A DNA stretch of 63,405 nucleotides from Chiloscyllium plagiosum. Taxonomy: Eukaryota. The position numbers were made by a program, and so were the translations under genes. Location of the stretch: positions 10,245,038 through 10,308,442 of the forward strand of contig NC_057752.1 of NCBI RefSeq assembly GCF_004010195.1. The letters are read 5' to 3'. The notes under the pieces were generated by a model. It ran no database searches and was not told the DNA's origin. It saw nothing but the letters and a program-made list of their open reading frames with translations. Shown here piece by piece: positions 51,095 through 62,764 of this stretch (position 1 is the first letter of the stretch; each line of letters opens with the position of its first letter).

Positions 51095-51785
51095 CAGACG
51101 GACCTTGATTATCCGAATATCGATTATCCGAATTTCGGATTATCCAAATTTCGGTTTATCCGAAGAAGATTTGAAGGTCCCGCTAAAAAATTACATCAAA
51201 GAGGTAAGTGTATTTGATTTGCCTTCACTGAAGAACATGTGAAAACCCTGGCAAAAACAAAGAAACACAAGCAGCTCAAGCATCAGTGACTGGATACTTT
51301 TTAGGTAAGGGTTGTTACACAGACTTTTGCAAAAGTAAGTGTTTTACAGCACGGGGTATTCCTGTCACTTTACCGGGCCATTCACTAAAAACAAAATGGC
51401 CGCGAACGTAAACGCATGCACGAGGCAATGCTTCCGTCTTTCTATCGCGAGACTGAGTTTCCGGAAACTGACAAATGCTGTTGTGATTGTAGAAGCTGTT
51501 CGGGACCTTGGTTAATGCATTCTTTGCCAAATGCTAACTACAGTACTGCTGCATTTTTCAAATGTTTTCTCGTGTTATCATTGCTTTATTTTGTTCATCA
51601 TGTGAAATCTATGTCCTCTTGCACTCAATACATTAAAATCATAGATTTAAACAAATTCTCTGGTAGAGCACAGCATTAGATCAGTCTGGCTTCCCTTGTT
51701 TAAGGTAAAATCGATTGTCCAAATAATAAATTATCTGAACCAAATAGTGCCTGCCCATCACGTTCAGATAATCGAGGTTCCTCTG
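51095..51785. mobile_element. pogo/Tigger-like non-autonomous DNA transposon (MITE)
   Basis: Imperfect 23-bp TIRs (cagacggaccttgattatccgaa and the reverse complement cagaggaacctcgattatctgaa), subterminal gattatccgaa repeats, and TA at the right flank. Confidence 0.7.
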
Positions 51786-52021
51786 TATTGATTTGACATA
51801 CATTGGCAAAGTCAGTGTGGAGCAGTCTAAGCTTGGCAAAACAGTTTGTTAAATTATCACAAGCCAGATCCACACTTGAATACTGCTGAAAGGAGGGACA
51901 CTTTCTGGAACCTCTTCATCCTGCACTCATCGGGACACATTCAAGACTGCTAAATTTCAAATGATCACAACAAATTATATGACAGAAGAAAAGGGTGTTG
52001 ATTGGTTGACAAAGTAATTAA

Positions 52022-52462
52022 GAAGGTGAAAGTGAGTACAGCAGATGCTGGAGATGAGAGTCAAGAGTGTGCTGCTGGAAAAGTACAGCAGGTCAGGCAG
52101 CATCCGCGAAGCAGGAAAAGTTTGGGCAAAAGCCCTTCATCAGGAATGAGGCTGGGAGCCTCAGTGGTGGAGAGATAAATGGGAGGGGGTGGAGCTGAAA
52201 GATTGGAATTGGGATAAGGTGGGGGGAGGGGAAATGAGAAAATTGGTGAAGTCCACATTGGTGCCCTGGGGTTGGAGGGTCCCGAGGTGGAAGATGAGGT
52301 GTTCTTCCTCCAGGCGTTGGGTGGTAAGGAAGTGGCGATTGTGGAGGCCCAGGACCTGCACGTCCTTGGCAGAGCGGGAGGGGGCTTTGAAATCTTCAGC
52401 CACGGGATACTGGGGTTGGTTGGTGCGGGTGCCCCGGAGATGTTCTCTGAAGCGCTCTGCAA
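52022..52462 (-). mobile_element. Penelope-like element 3' end (GIY-YIG C-terminus plus pLTR)
   Basis: AERFREHLRGTRTNQP and RLEEEHLIFHLGTLQPQG motifs. A similar fragment lies at 53268-53617. Confidence 0.88.
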
Positions 52463-54001
52463 AAGTGTGAATGAACCGCATTATATGCATGACTTCAATC
52501 TTCAGTCGCTTGTTCACAAGACAATGGTTGTCCTGGTCACAACGCTGTTCACGATCTAGCCCGAAACTTACAAAGGCTGTCGATTTCAGAGCTGAAAAGT
52601 GCCAGGACCATCCGAAACTACCCTGGAAAGGCAAAGTCCCTCACAACCCTGCCCAAGTGAAGTCAATCTGCATCATGCAAGATGGCTGCGGAGTGCGAGC
52701 TTGCTTGCTCCATCCATTTTTTTTTTCTTTTTCTTCTTTTCATTTCTTTTCTTTATCTTCTTTCTCTTTTTTCTCTATACTTACCTTCATTGCTCAGATG
52801 GTATCGGTGGTACAGAGTTGAGCCAGTGTAGGCTTGAGACACCCAGCCTCGAGGAAGTTCAGCATGGACAGACTTGAAGGACCCCTGGCCTCAAGGTAGC
52901 CCAGCGCAGACTCCCTGTTTTAGGACTGTAATACTGAACTTTTACCTTTATTTCTTCTTTTAAAATTTATGCCTAAGATTTGGTATCTAGGTATCTTTGT
53001 ACCTAGCTTTATAAGGACTGTAATGTTTATCTTTGAACTGTATTTTTTTCATTTTTCTCATTTATATCTAATATTTTGTACTTAGATATCTTTGTACCTG
53101 AGGTGGTGCTGGAATGGCAACTATGTACACTTTTCACTATGTATCCTGATACTTGAGTACTTGTGAAAATAAACCTAATTTTAATTCTAATTCTATAGCA
53201 TAATGGCTTATGGATGGAGCATTTTCCACTCACGGGATACTGTCATCAGTCCAGAAAGAAGAGCTAGATTAGAGTGTTGCTGGAAAAGCACAGTAGTTCA
53301 GGCAGCATCCGAGGAACAGGAAAATTGATGTTTCGGGCAAAAGCCCTTAATCACGAATACAGGTAGAGTACTTGCAGTGTGGAGAGATAAATGAGAGGAG
53401 GGTGGGGGTGTGGAGGAAACTGGTGAAGTCCACATTGATGCCCTGGGGTTGAAGTGTTCCGAGGCGGAAGATGAGGCGTTCTTCCTCCAGGCATCGGGTG
53501 ATGAGGGAGCAGCGGTGAAGGAGGCCCAGGACCTCCATATCCTCGGCAGAGTGGGAGGGGGCGTTGGAATGTTGGGCCACAGGGCGGTGTGGTTGCTTGG
53601 TGCGGGTGTCCCAGAGATAATTGCAGAAAGAAAAGCTGCCTATTGTACTAAACAATGGAGCAGTGGTGTGGATAAACCTCAGTGATGCACCGATTCCATT
53701 TCTGTCAGCTGTACACCCCAAGGATAAAGATTGACTGCAGGCATTGAGCAATGTCTTCTTTTATTTCCTTGTAATAGGCAGAGTACGAGATTATACTCAA
53801 CCTCGCTCTTGCAAAACCCCAATCAAGGCATCTATGGTTACTTGCAATTTGAACAATTCAGAGAGTTCAAGTAGTAATATTAATAATCAAGAGAGTCAGT
53901 CTTCTTTATATCAACCACACTCACAGGTGATGGGAATATGGAGTAGAGGAAGAGTGTGGATTCTAATCGATATAGCCTGCTGCAGCTTTTGGTCATTGTT
54001 T

Positions 54002-54894
54002 TTATGCTTTACATAAGCGGCCATTCAGAGTACCCAGATATTTAACTCCATTCTTCAACTCCTCTCTGAACTTCCTCTGTGTCAGTCCATAGATACATGA
54101 ATTAGTGCAGGAACTGAGAAGCTGCAACATGTATCCTGTTTGCTGGTTGATGTATATCGGGTTAGTATAGTACTTGTCTGTGTAGTTGTAGTTTTTCACT
54201 CGCCAACTTAGAGAATGTATAACATACGTTGCCCAGAGGAGAATGAAATTACCAGATAGAGTAAAGAGCAAAATCATTGATTTCTTTCGGTTTTCACTCT
54301 CTGGATCATCGGCATTGTTCAGGAGAGCTCTGCGGATTATATTGGACCGTATAATACATTTGACGGTGAGTGCATTGCACAACAGAATTAAGAAGATTGG
54401 CACTATAGGGGTTAAAATGGTGTCAAACCACTCATATGCTGCCCATAGGGGTGAGGTGTAATAGGCAGAGGTTTCTAAACAGAAATATGGGATGTTGTTA
54501 ATTATAATCTGGGGTTCATACATAAAGTAAAAAGGAATGCTCCTCAGACATCCAACCACACACACAGTAGCTATAATGATGTTTGCAATTCTTGGCGTAC
54601 AATATTTTGGTTTAAGACTCTGGCAACAAATGGCGACAAAGCGATCAAAGGTGAAAGAGACAGTGAACCAAACTGAACAGTCCAGAGCTGCAATCTTTGT
54701 AACTAGTTTCATTGCACATATTGGAGTGATAAACAAAAAATTAATTGGCAAGTAAATATTGTTAATTCGCTTCAGTATGACTTCAATGAACACAACCATA
54801 AGATCTGCTACTGCCATGGCGACAAGATAACGGGTGAGACATTTGGAGAGACCACACTTTCCTCTGGACAGGATCACAATTGCAAGCAGGTTAA
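54002..54894 (-). CDS. GPR139-like class A GPCR, exon 2 (gene 54002-55737, 320 aa)
   Basis: Acceptor tttcctttctcttccag|TTAAC and an intact 7TM ORF with TFDRFVAICC, FILLW and SSCTNSCIY motifs. It is a divergent paralogue of the 30-32 kb copies. Confidence 0.93.
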
Positions 54895-55667
54895 CTGGAA
54901 GAGAAAGGAAAATAAATTGTCAACACTATCCTAAATCCAGACCCTACAAACTATTTCCAGGTTTGTTGTTGCCTATGTTAATTATAATTGACTCTTTAAT
55001 GAATCAGGGTTTCCAATGACAGTAATTTTTTTAACAAAATCATATAATGGCTTGAAATCTTACAGAAAAAGAGATGATAAAAGGTTAAGGGAAAATTCCA
55101 GAAAGTGGACTATTTCAGTAAAAGATTACATACAGGATGAACAAAAAAAAACTTTACAATCTTGCAGTTTGTTAATTTATATAACTGTGTGAGGACTTAT
55201 GGTGCAGTGGATAGCATCCCTGCTTCTGAGCAAGTCATTAGGGTTTGAGATTGACCCCAGGTCTTGATGGCAAGGAAGATGTATTCATCACGCCTCAAGC
55301 AGGTTGAATATTGACTTACAAATCATTCCAACTCATAGCAACGGCAAGAGAGATGCCTGGTCAGCAAAATGCTGGAGCCTCTATCACCTCACGGCATAGG
55401 TGGTTATATCACTAGTATGAATGTATATATGGACGTGTGTGTGTGCACATGTATGCATATCTGCATCTAGAATACACATACAGTTTGGACACACCACGCA
55501 AAAAAGTTTCCTCCCTCCCTTACTTACTTCCTTCTCTCTTTTCAATGCACACAAACCATTTCTTCCCCAAATAAAAACAGAATGATAATGCCACATTAAA
55601 CGAATGCAGGAAACAAGTACAGTGACAGTTACACAAGTTCACACCATGGCCAGTTGCATTGCCTCAC

Positions 55668-55737
55668 CTGTAATACTAACAGCTGCAAGAACAGGGTAGT
55701 AGATACGTTCAAACAGGAAGATGACTGGATAGACCAT
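55668..55737 (-). CDS. GPR139-like class A GPCR, exon 1
   Basis: ATG encodes MVYPVIFLFERIYYPVLAAVSIT plus G, followed by a GTGAGG donor. A 773-bp phase-1 intron (54895-55667) follows. This exon is missed by the ORF track. Confidence 0.9.
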
Positions 55738-56315
55738 ACTCCGTGCCACAGGGCGATGGCTGGCAGGTCCTGGCAGAAAACTGCCAACTCAATCAAAAGG
55801 AGACCTTCTTATAGCTAAGGATGATGAGCCCATTGGGACACTTAAATGGAGTGCATCATACTAGTTATATTCAGCTAAACAAACAGATGCAATCGTCCAT
55901 TCTCTGAAAAAGATTCATGACGAAACATAACCTATTTTAAGAAACATTTTCAAAACACTAGAAAATGGTTTGGAATATGCATTTGGAAAAGAAAACATTA
56001 TTCTGTCACTTGAGATTGCACTGCATGAACAGTCTTCATTAAACAGACCTCTGGGGGTTTTATTACAGATACAGACAGACTGCTGCACAGCTACAGTCAT
56101 ATGACAATCCAATCATCTCAACTCAGCGCTGGGTTCTCCATGGAGCCAAAAGGAAAGTGACTGCTTGTAATTTAACCTTCTAGTATCTTTACCAAGTGGA
56201 CACTAGAACTCAGGGCAATGTGCAAATCATGAAGGTTGGATCCTGTACGATTGGGCTGAATGGCTTGGCCCTGGGCTTTCACTTTGCAGTGAAGTGGAAC
56301 GTTTGGAATGGGCAG

Positions 56316-56676
56316 CTCTCTCTTTTCAAATGGGTGGTGCCTTTTGACAATCGGAACGGGAGTGGGATGGGATGGGAAGGAGTTTTCAAACACGCAATCA
56401 GTTCATGACAGTAAATTTGGAAGACAAATGCAGAGCAAGCCTTTTGGATTGTAAAGGCAATTGTACTCATTATTAGATTAGATTAGATTACAGTGTAGAA
56501 ACAGGCCCTTCGGCCCAACTCTCTCTTTTCAAATGGGTGGTGCCTTTTGACAATCGGAACGGGAGTGGGATGGGATGGGAAGGAGTTTTCAAACACGCAG
56601 TCAGTTCACGACAATAAATTTGGAAGACAAATGCAGAGCAAGCCTTTTGGATTGTAAAGGCAATTGTACTCATTAT
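56316..56676. repeat. 158-bp direct repeat flanking a 45-bp SINE/LINE tail
   Basis: Copies at 56316-56473 and 56519-56676 with three visible substitutions. The spacer is tagattagattagattacagtgtagaaacaggcccttcggcccaa. Confidence 0.9.
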
Positions 56677-57731
56677 GAAGGAGCTCAGATTGCTAGGGAC
56701 AGACTAGTGCTTAATGTGGACACTAAAATAATGAATAGAGGGGAAGCAAAGTGCAGTCCCACAAATTGCTGTGAGCTAGCTTCCATAATACCAGCTTAAA
56801 CACTCAACTCAACAACTTGAAATCGGAATGACTGCTTCTCAGACACCATGCAGCAATTTGCATCTTCCCTGATCCCATTACTGCAGCCTTTTGTCAGAAC
56901 TATCATCCCTGGTGTAACTTAATCGTATCCATGTGTCCTCGCTCTTCCAAACCTGTCAGAGATCCTCATGTATTTCCAACTAGGCACCATCAATTCTGGA
57001 TAGCGTTCAAGGTTATTGTGGTGGTTTCCCCACTTCTGAGTCAGGAGGCTCATGTTCAAATCCCACTGGCTCCATCGGTATGTCATATCATCACTGAATG
57101 GATTCATCAGAAAATATCTCCAACTTATGTTTTGCTTCTATTCTTTACAGCCCATTCCAGATCCCTCTCCCTGGTCTCATCCTTCATTTAATCTCTCCCT
57201 TCAGCAACTCTGACCTTCCAAAAAAACACTCNNNNNNNNNNNNNNNNNNNNNNNNNNNNNNNNNNNNNNNNNNNNNNNNNNNNNNNNNNNNNNNNNNNNN
57301 NNNNNNNNNNNNNNNNNNNNNNNNNNNNNNNNNNNNNNNNNNNNNNNNNNNNNNNNNNNNNNNNNNNNNNNNNNNNNNNNNNNNNNNNNNNNNNNNNNNN
57401 NNNNNNNNNNNNNNNNNNNNNNNNNNNNNNNNNNNNNNNNNNNNNNNNNNNNNNNNNNNNNNNNNNNNNNNNNNNNNNNNNNNNNNNNNNNNNNNNNNNN
57501 NNNNNNNNNNNNNNNNNNNNNNNNNNNNNNNNNNNNNNNNNNNNNNNNNNNNNNNNNNNNNNNNNNNNNNNNNNNNNNNNNNNNNNNNNNNNNNNNNNNN
57601 NNNNNNNNNNNNNNNNNNNNNNNNNNNNNNNNNNNNNNNNNNNNNNNNNNNNNNNNNNNNNNNNNNNNNNNNNNNNNNNNNNNNNNNNNNNNNNNNNNNN
57701 NNNNNNNNNNNNNNNNNNNNNNNNNNNNNNN

Positions 57732-59305
57732 TAGATTCTTTAGAGTCTGGAAAAATTCCTACAGGTTGGAGAATGACCAATGTAACCCCATTGTTTTAAA
57801 GGGGAGTTAGAGAGAAACAAGGGAAAATGAAACAAGTGAATCTGACATCAGGTAGTGGGAAAATGCTTGGATCCAATATAAAGGATATCATAGCAGAGTA
57901 CTTAGAAAACAATGTAGAGTCTGAGACAGTCAGCGTGGATTTGTAAAAGGGAAATTGTGCCTGATAACCCAACAAAAATTCTTCTAGAATATAACTAACA
58001 GAGTATCTCAGGGCAGCTAATGGATCTGGTTTCTTAGGACTTCCAAAAGACTTTAGATAAAATCCCACATAAAAGATTAATATGTAAAGTTTAAAGTACT
58101 TTGGATTGGTGGTAATGTATTCAATGGATGGAAAATTGATCAACAGACCGGAAACAAACAGTCGGAATAAATGGGTCTTTATGAACAGCATGCAGAAATA
58201 AGTGAGGTACCACGGGGGCAGTTCGAACATCCCAGCTATTGACAATACATGTCAATGAGAAAGACAAGGGAACCAAATGTAATATCTCAACGTTTGAAGA
58301 AATGAAACAATCCTGTGTGGAGGATACAGAGAAGTTGTAGTATGGTTTTAACAGGCTGGGTGAGTGTGTCAATGCACAGCAGATACAGTATCATGTCAAA
58401 ATATTGAGGTTATCAAGTTTGATGCAAAAAAGTCAGCTGGTTACTATTTGGATAGCTGCAAATTGAGAGAGAGAGGAAATTTCAATGTGGCCTGGTGCCC
58501 TTGTGCACCAATCACTGAAATTAAGCCCACAGGTGCAGTAGACAGTAAAGGAGGAAAAGTATAAGTTGGCCTACAGAATGAGAGCTTTTGAGTACAAACA
58601 TAAAGATGTGTTGCTGCAATTATGTAAGGCATTAGTGAGGCCACACCAGGAATATTGTCTGCAGTTTTGTTCTCATTATCTGAGAAAGGATGTTCTTGCT
58701 CTTGAAAGTGTGAAAAGCTGCATGTGGCAGATGGTAATTCATCATGTTAAGGCAAGTTGATGCACTGTGGAAGAATAAACAAAGTGAGGAATTATTTCGT
58801 GAATGGTGGGACACTGGGTAGCTCAGAGAAACAGAGAGATATGTGGAGAATGAAGTAATTGGAGTACTATGTGCAGTTCTGGTCATTGTGGGGGGGGATA
58901 TGATAGCACTAAAGGAGATACAGAGGAGGTTCACCAAGTCGTTGTCTGGATGGAGCAATTGTTATTTCAGGAGACACTAGATAGCTGAGGGGAGACATGA
59001 TTGCCATGTATAAGATTATGGGGAGTATGGATAGGGTGAATGGGCAGCATCTGTTTCCCTAGGTTACGTTTTCGGATAAGCAGCAGGAAATTCAGGGCAG
59101 CTTTGAGAACACAAATTCACTCAGTGAGTGTTCTGCCTGGGAAGGTAGTGGAGGCTGGAAATCTTACAAATGTTTGTATAAGTACTTGAAGTAGTATAGT
59201 ATTCAACAATGTGGGCCAACTGCAGGAAAATTGGGATTAGTGGTAGTTATTGTCAGTGCAGACTTGATGGGCTGAACTGCCTTTTCTGCACTCTATGAAT
59301 CTATA
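57732..59305 (+). mobile_element. Old CR1 LINE
   Basis: DSLESGKIPTGWRMTNVTPLF and LCKALVRPHQEYCLQFCSHYLRKD motifs with an eroded ctctatga tail. Confidence 0.85.
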
Positions 59306-59587
59306 ATTACTTCCCTTAACATTTGATCTTAACATGCTTTTACGTTGCAAATGCATCTGTATGTTTCACAATGCATTCTTGTACGATTAAATCATTGAAC
59401 ATGTTTGTCAGTTTCAGCCAGAATTCCCCTACTGCACATATTGCACAGATTCCAGAGCATATCTCTACTGAAACCTCATTTACATCAGCCATCGGCCATA
59501 TGCAACAATTCAGCAGGTCGAAAGAGAGTTTGCATTTATTCATAAAATTGGAACCGAAAATATGCTCAACTGTTCAGGGAAGTTATA

Positions 59588-61471
59588 CTAATATAGCCAG
59601 GTGATAACAAACCACAACTTCAACGCAATCAGTGCCATTTCAAATTCTTCTTGTAAATGTCCAGTAAAACAATTTAAAATAATTGTCCATTTGTTTGACC
59701 AAGATAAATGATTATATCTGGATGTGTTAAGGATAGTAAAGGAAACCCCTGTATGTACATAGTACAGATTTGGATTATTCACAAAACCTGCGCCGTTGAA
59801 GTCACTTGAGACATCTTCCACTTCTTCTGGAGGTCTAAGGTGGACCATGTCCGCAGGGACACCATGTACAAATCTCTGCATAAGGAGGCATGCAAGGAAG
59901 TACCAAATGCCGCCCTCATCCTGATGGCCATCTTCATGTTCATCTTTAGCAGGATCAACATGGTCAGCAGGATTGACATAGTCAGCAGGAATGGGGTGGT
60001 CAGTAGGAATGAGGTGGTCAGTAGGAATGGGGTGGTCAGCAGGATCAGGGTGGTCTGCAGGATCGGGGTGGTCAGCAGGAACAGGGTGGTCAGCAGGATC
60101 GGGATGGTCAGCAGGATCAAACTGGTCAGCAGGATCGGGGTGGTCAGCAGGAATGGGGTGGTCAGCAGGATTGGGGTGGTCTGCAGGATCGGTATGGTCA
60201 GTAGGATTGGGATGGTCAGCAGGATTGGGATTGTCAGCAGGATCAGGATGGTCAGTAGGATCTGGATGGTCAGCAGGATTATGGTGGTCAGCAGGATCGG
60301 GATGGTCAGCAGGATCTGGGTGGTCAGCAGGAACGGGGTGGTCAGCAGGATCAGGGTGGTCTGCTGGATTGAGATGGTCAGCAGGATCAGGATGGTCAGC
60401 AGGATCAGTATGGTCAGTAGGATCGGGATGCTCAGCAGGATCGGGATTGTCAGCAGGAACGGAGTGGTCGCCAGAATAGGGGTCGTCAGCAGGAACGGGA
60501 TGGTCAGTAGGATCATGGTGGTCAGCAGGAAATTGTTGGTCAGTTGGATCAGGATGGTCAGCAGGAACAGGGTGGTCAGTAGGATCATGGTGGTCAGCCG
60601 GATCTTGTTGGTCAGTAGGATCAGGGTCGTCAGCAGGAACGGGGTGGTCAGTTGGATCATGGTGGTCAGCAGGAACCTATTGGTTAGTAGGATCAGGGTG
60701 GTCAGCAGGAAGGTGGTAGGCAGTAGGATCATAGTGATCAGCAGGAACATGGTGGTCAGTAGGATCAGGGTGATGAGCAGGAATGGAGTGGTCAGCAGGA
60801 ATGGGGTGATCAGTAGGATCAGCGTGGTCAGCAGGATTGAGATGGACAGCGGGATTGGCATGGACAGCAGGAATGGGGTGACCTGCAGGATCCAGATGGT
60901 CAGCAGGATCGGGGTGGTCAGCAGGATCAGGATGGTCAGTGGTATTGGCATGGTCAGCAGGATCGGAATGGTCAGCAGGATTGGCATGGTCAGCAGGAAT
61001 AGGGTGGTCAGAATCAACAGGGTGGTCAGCAGGATCGGGATGGTCAGCAGGCTTGGCATGGTCAGCAGGAACAGGGTGGTCAGCAGGATTGGGCTGGTAA
61101 GCACGAATGGGGTGGTCAGCAGGATCGGGCTGATCAGCAGGATTGGCATGGTCAGCAGGATCAGGATGGTCAGCAGGATAAGCGTGGTCAGCAGGATCAG
61201 GATGGTCAGCAGAATCGATGTGGTCAGCAGGATCAGTGTGGTCAACAGGATCGCGATGGTCAGCAGGATCGGAGCATTCAGTCGGAACGGGTTGGTTATT
61301 AGGATCAGCGAGGTCAGCAGGATCGGGATGGTCAGCAGGAACGGGGTGGTCAGAAGGATTGGCATGGTCAGCAGGATCGGGGTGGTCATCAGGATTGATA
61401 TTTTCAGCAGCGTCAGTGGAAGCAGCATGATCAGTGGCATCCACAGGATTGGTGTGGTCAATAGCATCCAT
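59588..61471 (-). pseudogene. Candidate orphan gene or pseudogene encoding a (DHPDPA)n His/Asp/Pro repeat protein, with one in-frame TAG
   Basis: ORFs 60677..61507 and 59588..59881 share a frame, and the only stop between them is TAG at 60677-60679. ATG is at 61471, TATAAA at 61704-61709 and AATAAA at 59535-59540 (minus strand). Confidence 0.45.
59948..61400. repeat. 18-bp tandem repeat (minisatellite), about 80 units, consensus ggtcagcaggatcggg(g/a)t
   Basis: Strict 18-bp period with substitutions but no frame-breaking indels, as shown by the long ORFs on both strands. Confidence 0.97.
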
Positions 61472-61809
61472 GGGTTCAGCTGCAGCAACCGCATGGATTA
61501 GTGTCACCGCACAGATTCAAGAGGAGGTCGGCAATGGGTTTAGGGTCCAGAGTGATGGAGGAGGACTGTGTCTGGAGGTGAGTACGAGAGAGTTTGGGAT
61601 ACTTACGATCTTTGATGTCCTCTAAGGCAGAGATAAAGTGTTTGTTGAGAGTGTGGATCCTTCTAAGAATGAAGAACAGTAGAGGTCTTTTACGTTCTTA
61701 ACATTTATAAAGAATTTAGATGTGCACTCGCAATGCTAAATCATACAAGGCTATGGACCCATGCGCTGGAAAATTGATTTAGAATAGGTGGTTGTATTTG
61801 ACTGGCTAA

Positions 61810-62036
61810 AGCTGAAAAATGTGTTGCTGGAAAAGCGCAGCAGGCCAGGCAGCATGAAAGGAGCAGGAGAATTAACTTTTCGGGCATAAGCCCTTCTTCA
61901 GGAATGAAGAGAAAATGAGGTCTGCAGATGCTGGAGATCAGAGATGGAAATGTGTTGCTGGAGAAGCGCAGCAGGTCAGGCAGCATCTAGGGAACAGGAG
62001 AATCGACGTTTCGGGCATTAGCCCTTCTTCAGGAAT
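61810..62036 (-). mobile_element. Tandem pair of Penelope pLTR-derived short units with hammerhead-like motifs
   Basis: Two direct copies. The minus strand reads cctgaagaagggctaatgcccgaaacgtcgattc and cctgaagaagggcttatgcccgaaaagtt. Confidence 0.78.
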
Positions 62037-62529
62037 GGCTAAACACAATAGAATGAAGGGCCTTTCTCTGTGCTGTAGATCTCTTTGACTTTATAGGTCC
62101 TCTTTTTGCTTACTCTTATAACTGAAAAATGTGTTTTCTCCTGGGTCCTCATCCACTCAGTGCACTCACAGTGCAGCATTTGTCCAGATTTTCATTTTGC
62201 ACACTCTGCTAACTGATACTTATGTTCGTCGATTCCAATCACTTGCTCCTCGAACTGTTGCTGACTGCCTCTGTACCTTGTTTTCATTCGTTGCTTTACT
62301 CCATTGCCTTTTCCCTGCTTATAATAACTTGTAATAAATATTTTCCCATAAAATCAAAATGGATTCTGGTAATGACAGTTTTTTTTTGAAAAGCATGTTC
62401 ATAGTTTGATATTTCTGAAAATGAAACTGAAAGAATATTTCACACCTGTTTATATCTGCTCTCAGAACAGACACTGGGTCACTGTGTAGATGCAAGTGTT
62501 TGTGCGGATACTGAGGAGCTGGAGCAGGT

Positions 62530-62764
62530 AGAGCCGGAGATGTGTTGCTGGAAAAGCGCAGCAGGCCAGGCAGCATCCAGGGAACAGGAGAATCGACGTT
62601 TCGGGCATAAGCCCTTCTTCAGGAAGGCTTTCCTGAAGAAGGGCTTATGCCCGAAACGTCGATTCTCCTGTTCCCTGGATGCTGCCTGGCCTGCTGCGCT
62701 TTTCCAGCAACACATCTCCGGCTCTGATCTCCTGCATCTGCAGACCTCACTTTCTCCTCAAAGA
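62530..62764. mobile_element. Perfect fold-back Penelope pLTR-derived element
   Basis: 96-bp inverted arms (62530-62625 and 62630-62725) around a 4-nt loop. TSD tggagcaggtag at 62520-62531 and 62765-62776. Confidence 0.9.

Noticed and set aside
59948..61400. CRISPR-like array
   Set aside because: The units are contiguous with no unique spacers, there are no cas genes, and the context is vertebrate.
59779..61501. 571-aa (LLTIPI)n and 553-aa (VSRIGM)n ORFs on opposite strands
   Set aside because: An in-phase 18-bp repeat whose consensus lacks stops in those frames keeps them open automatically. Unit variation is mostly non-synonymous in them.
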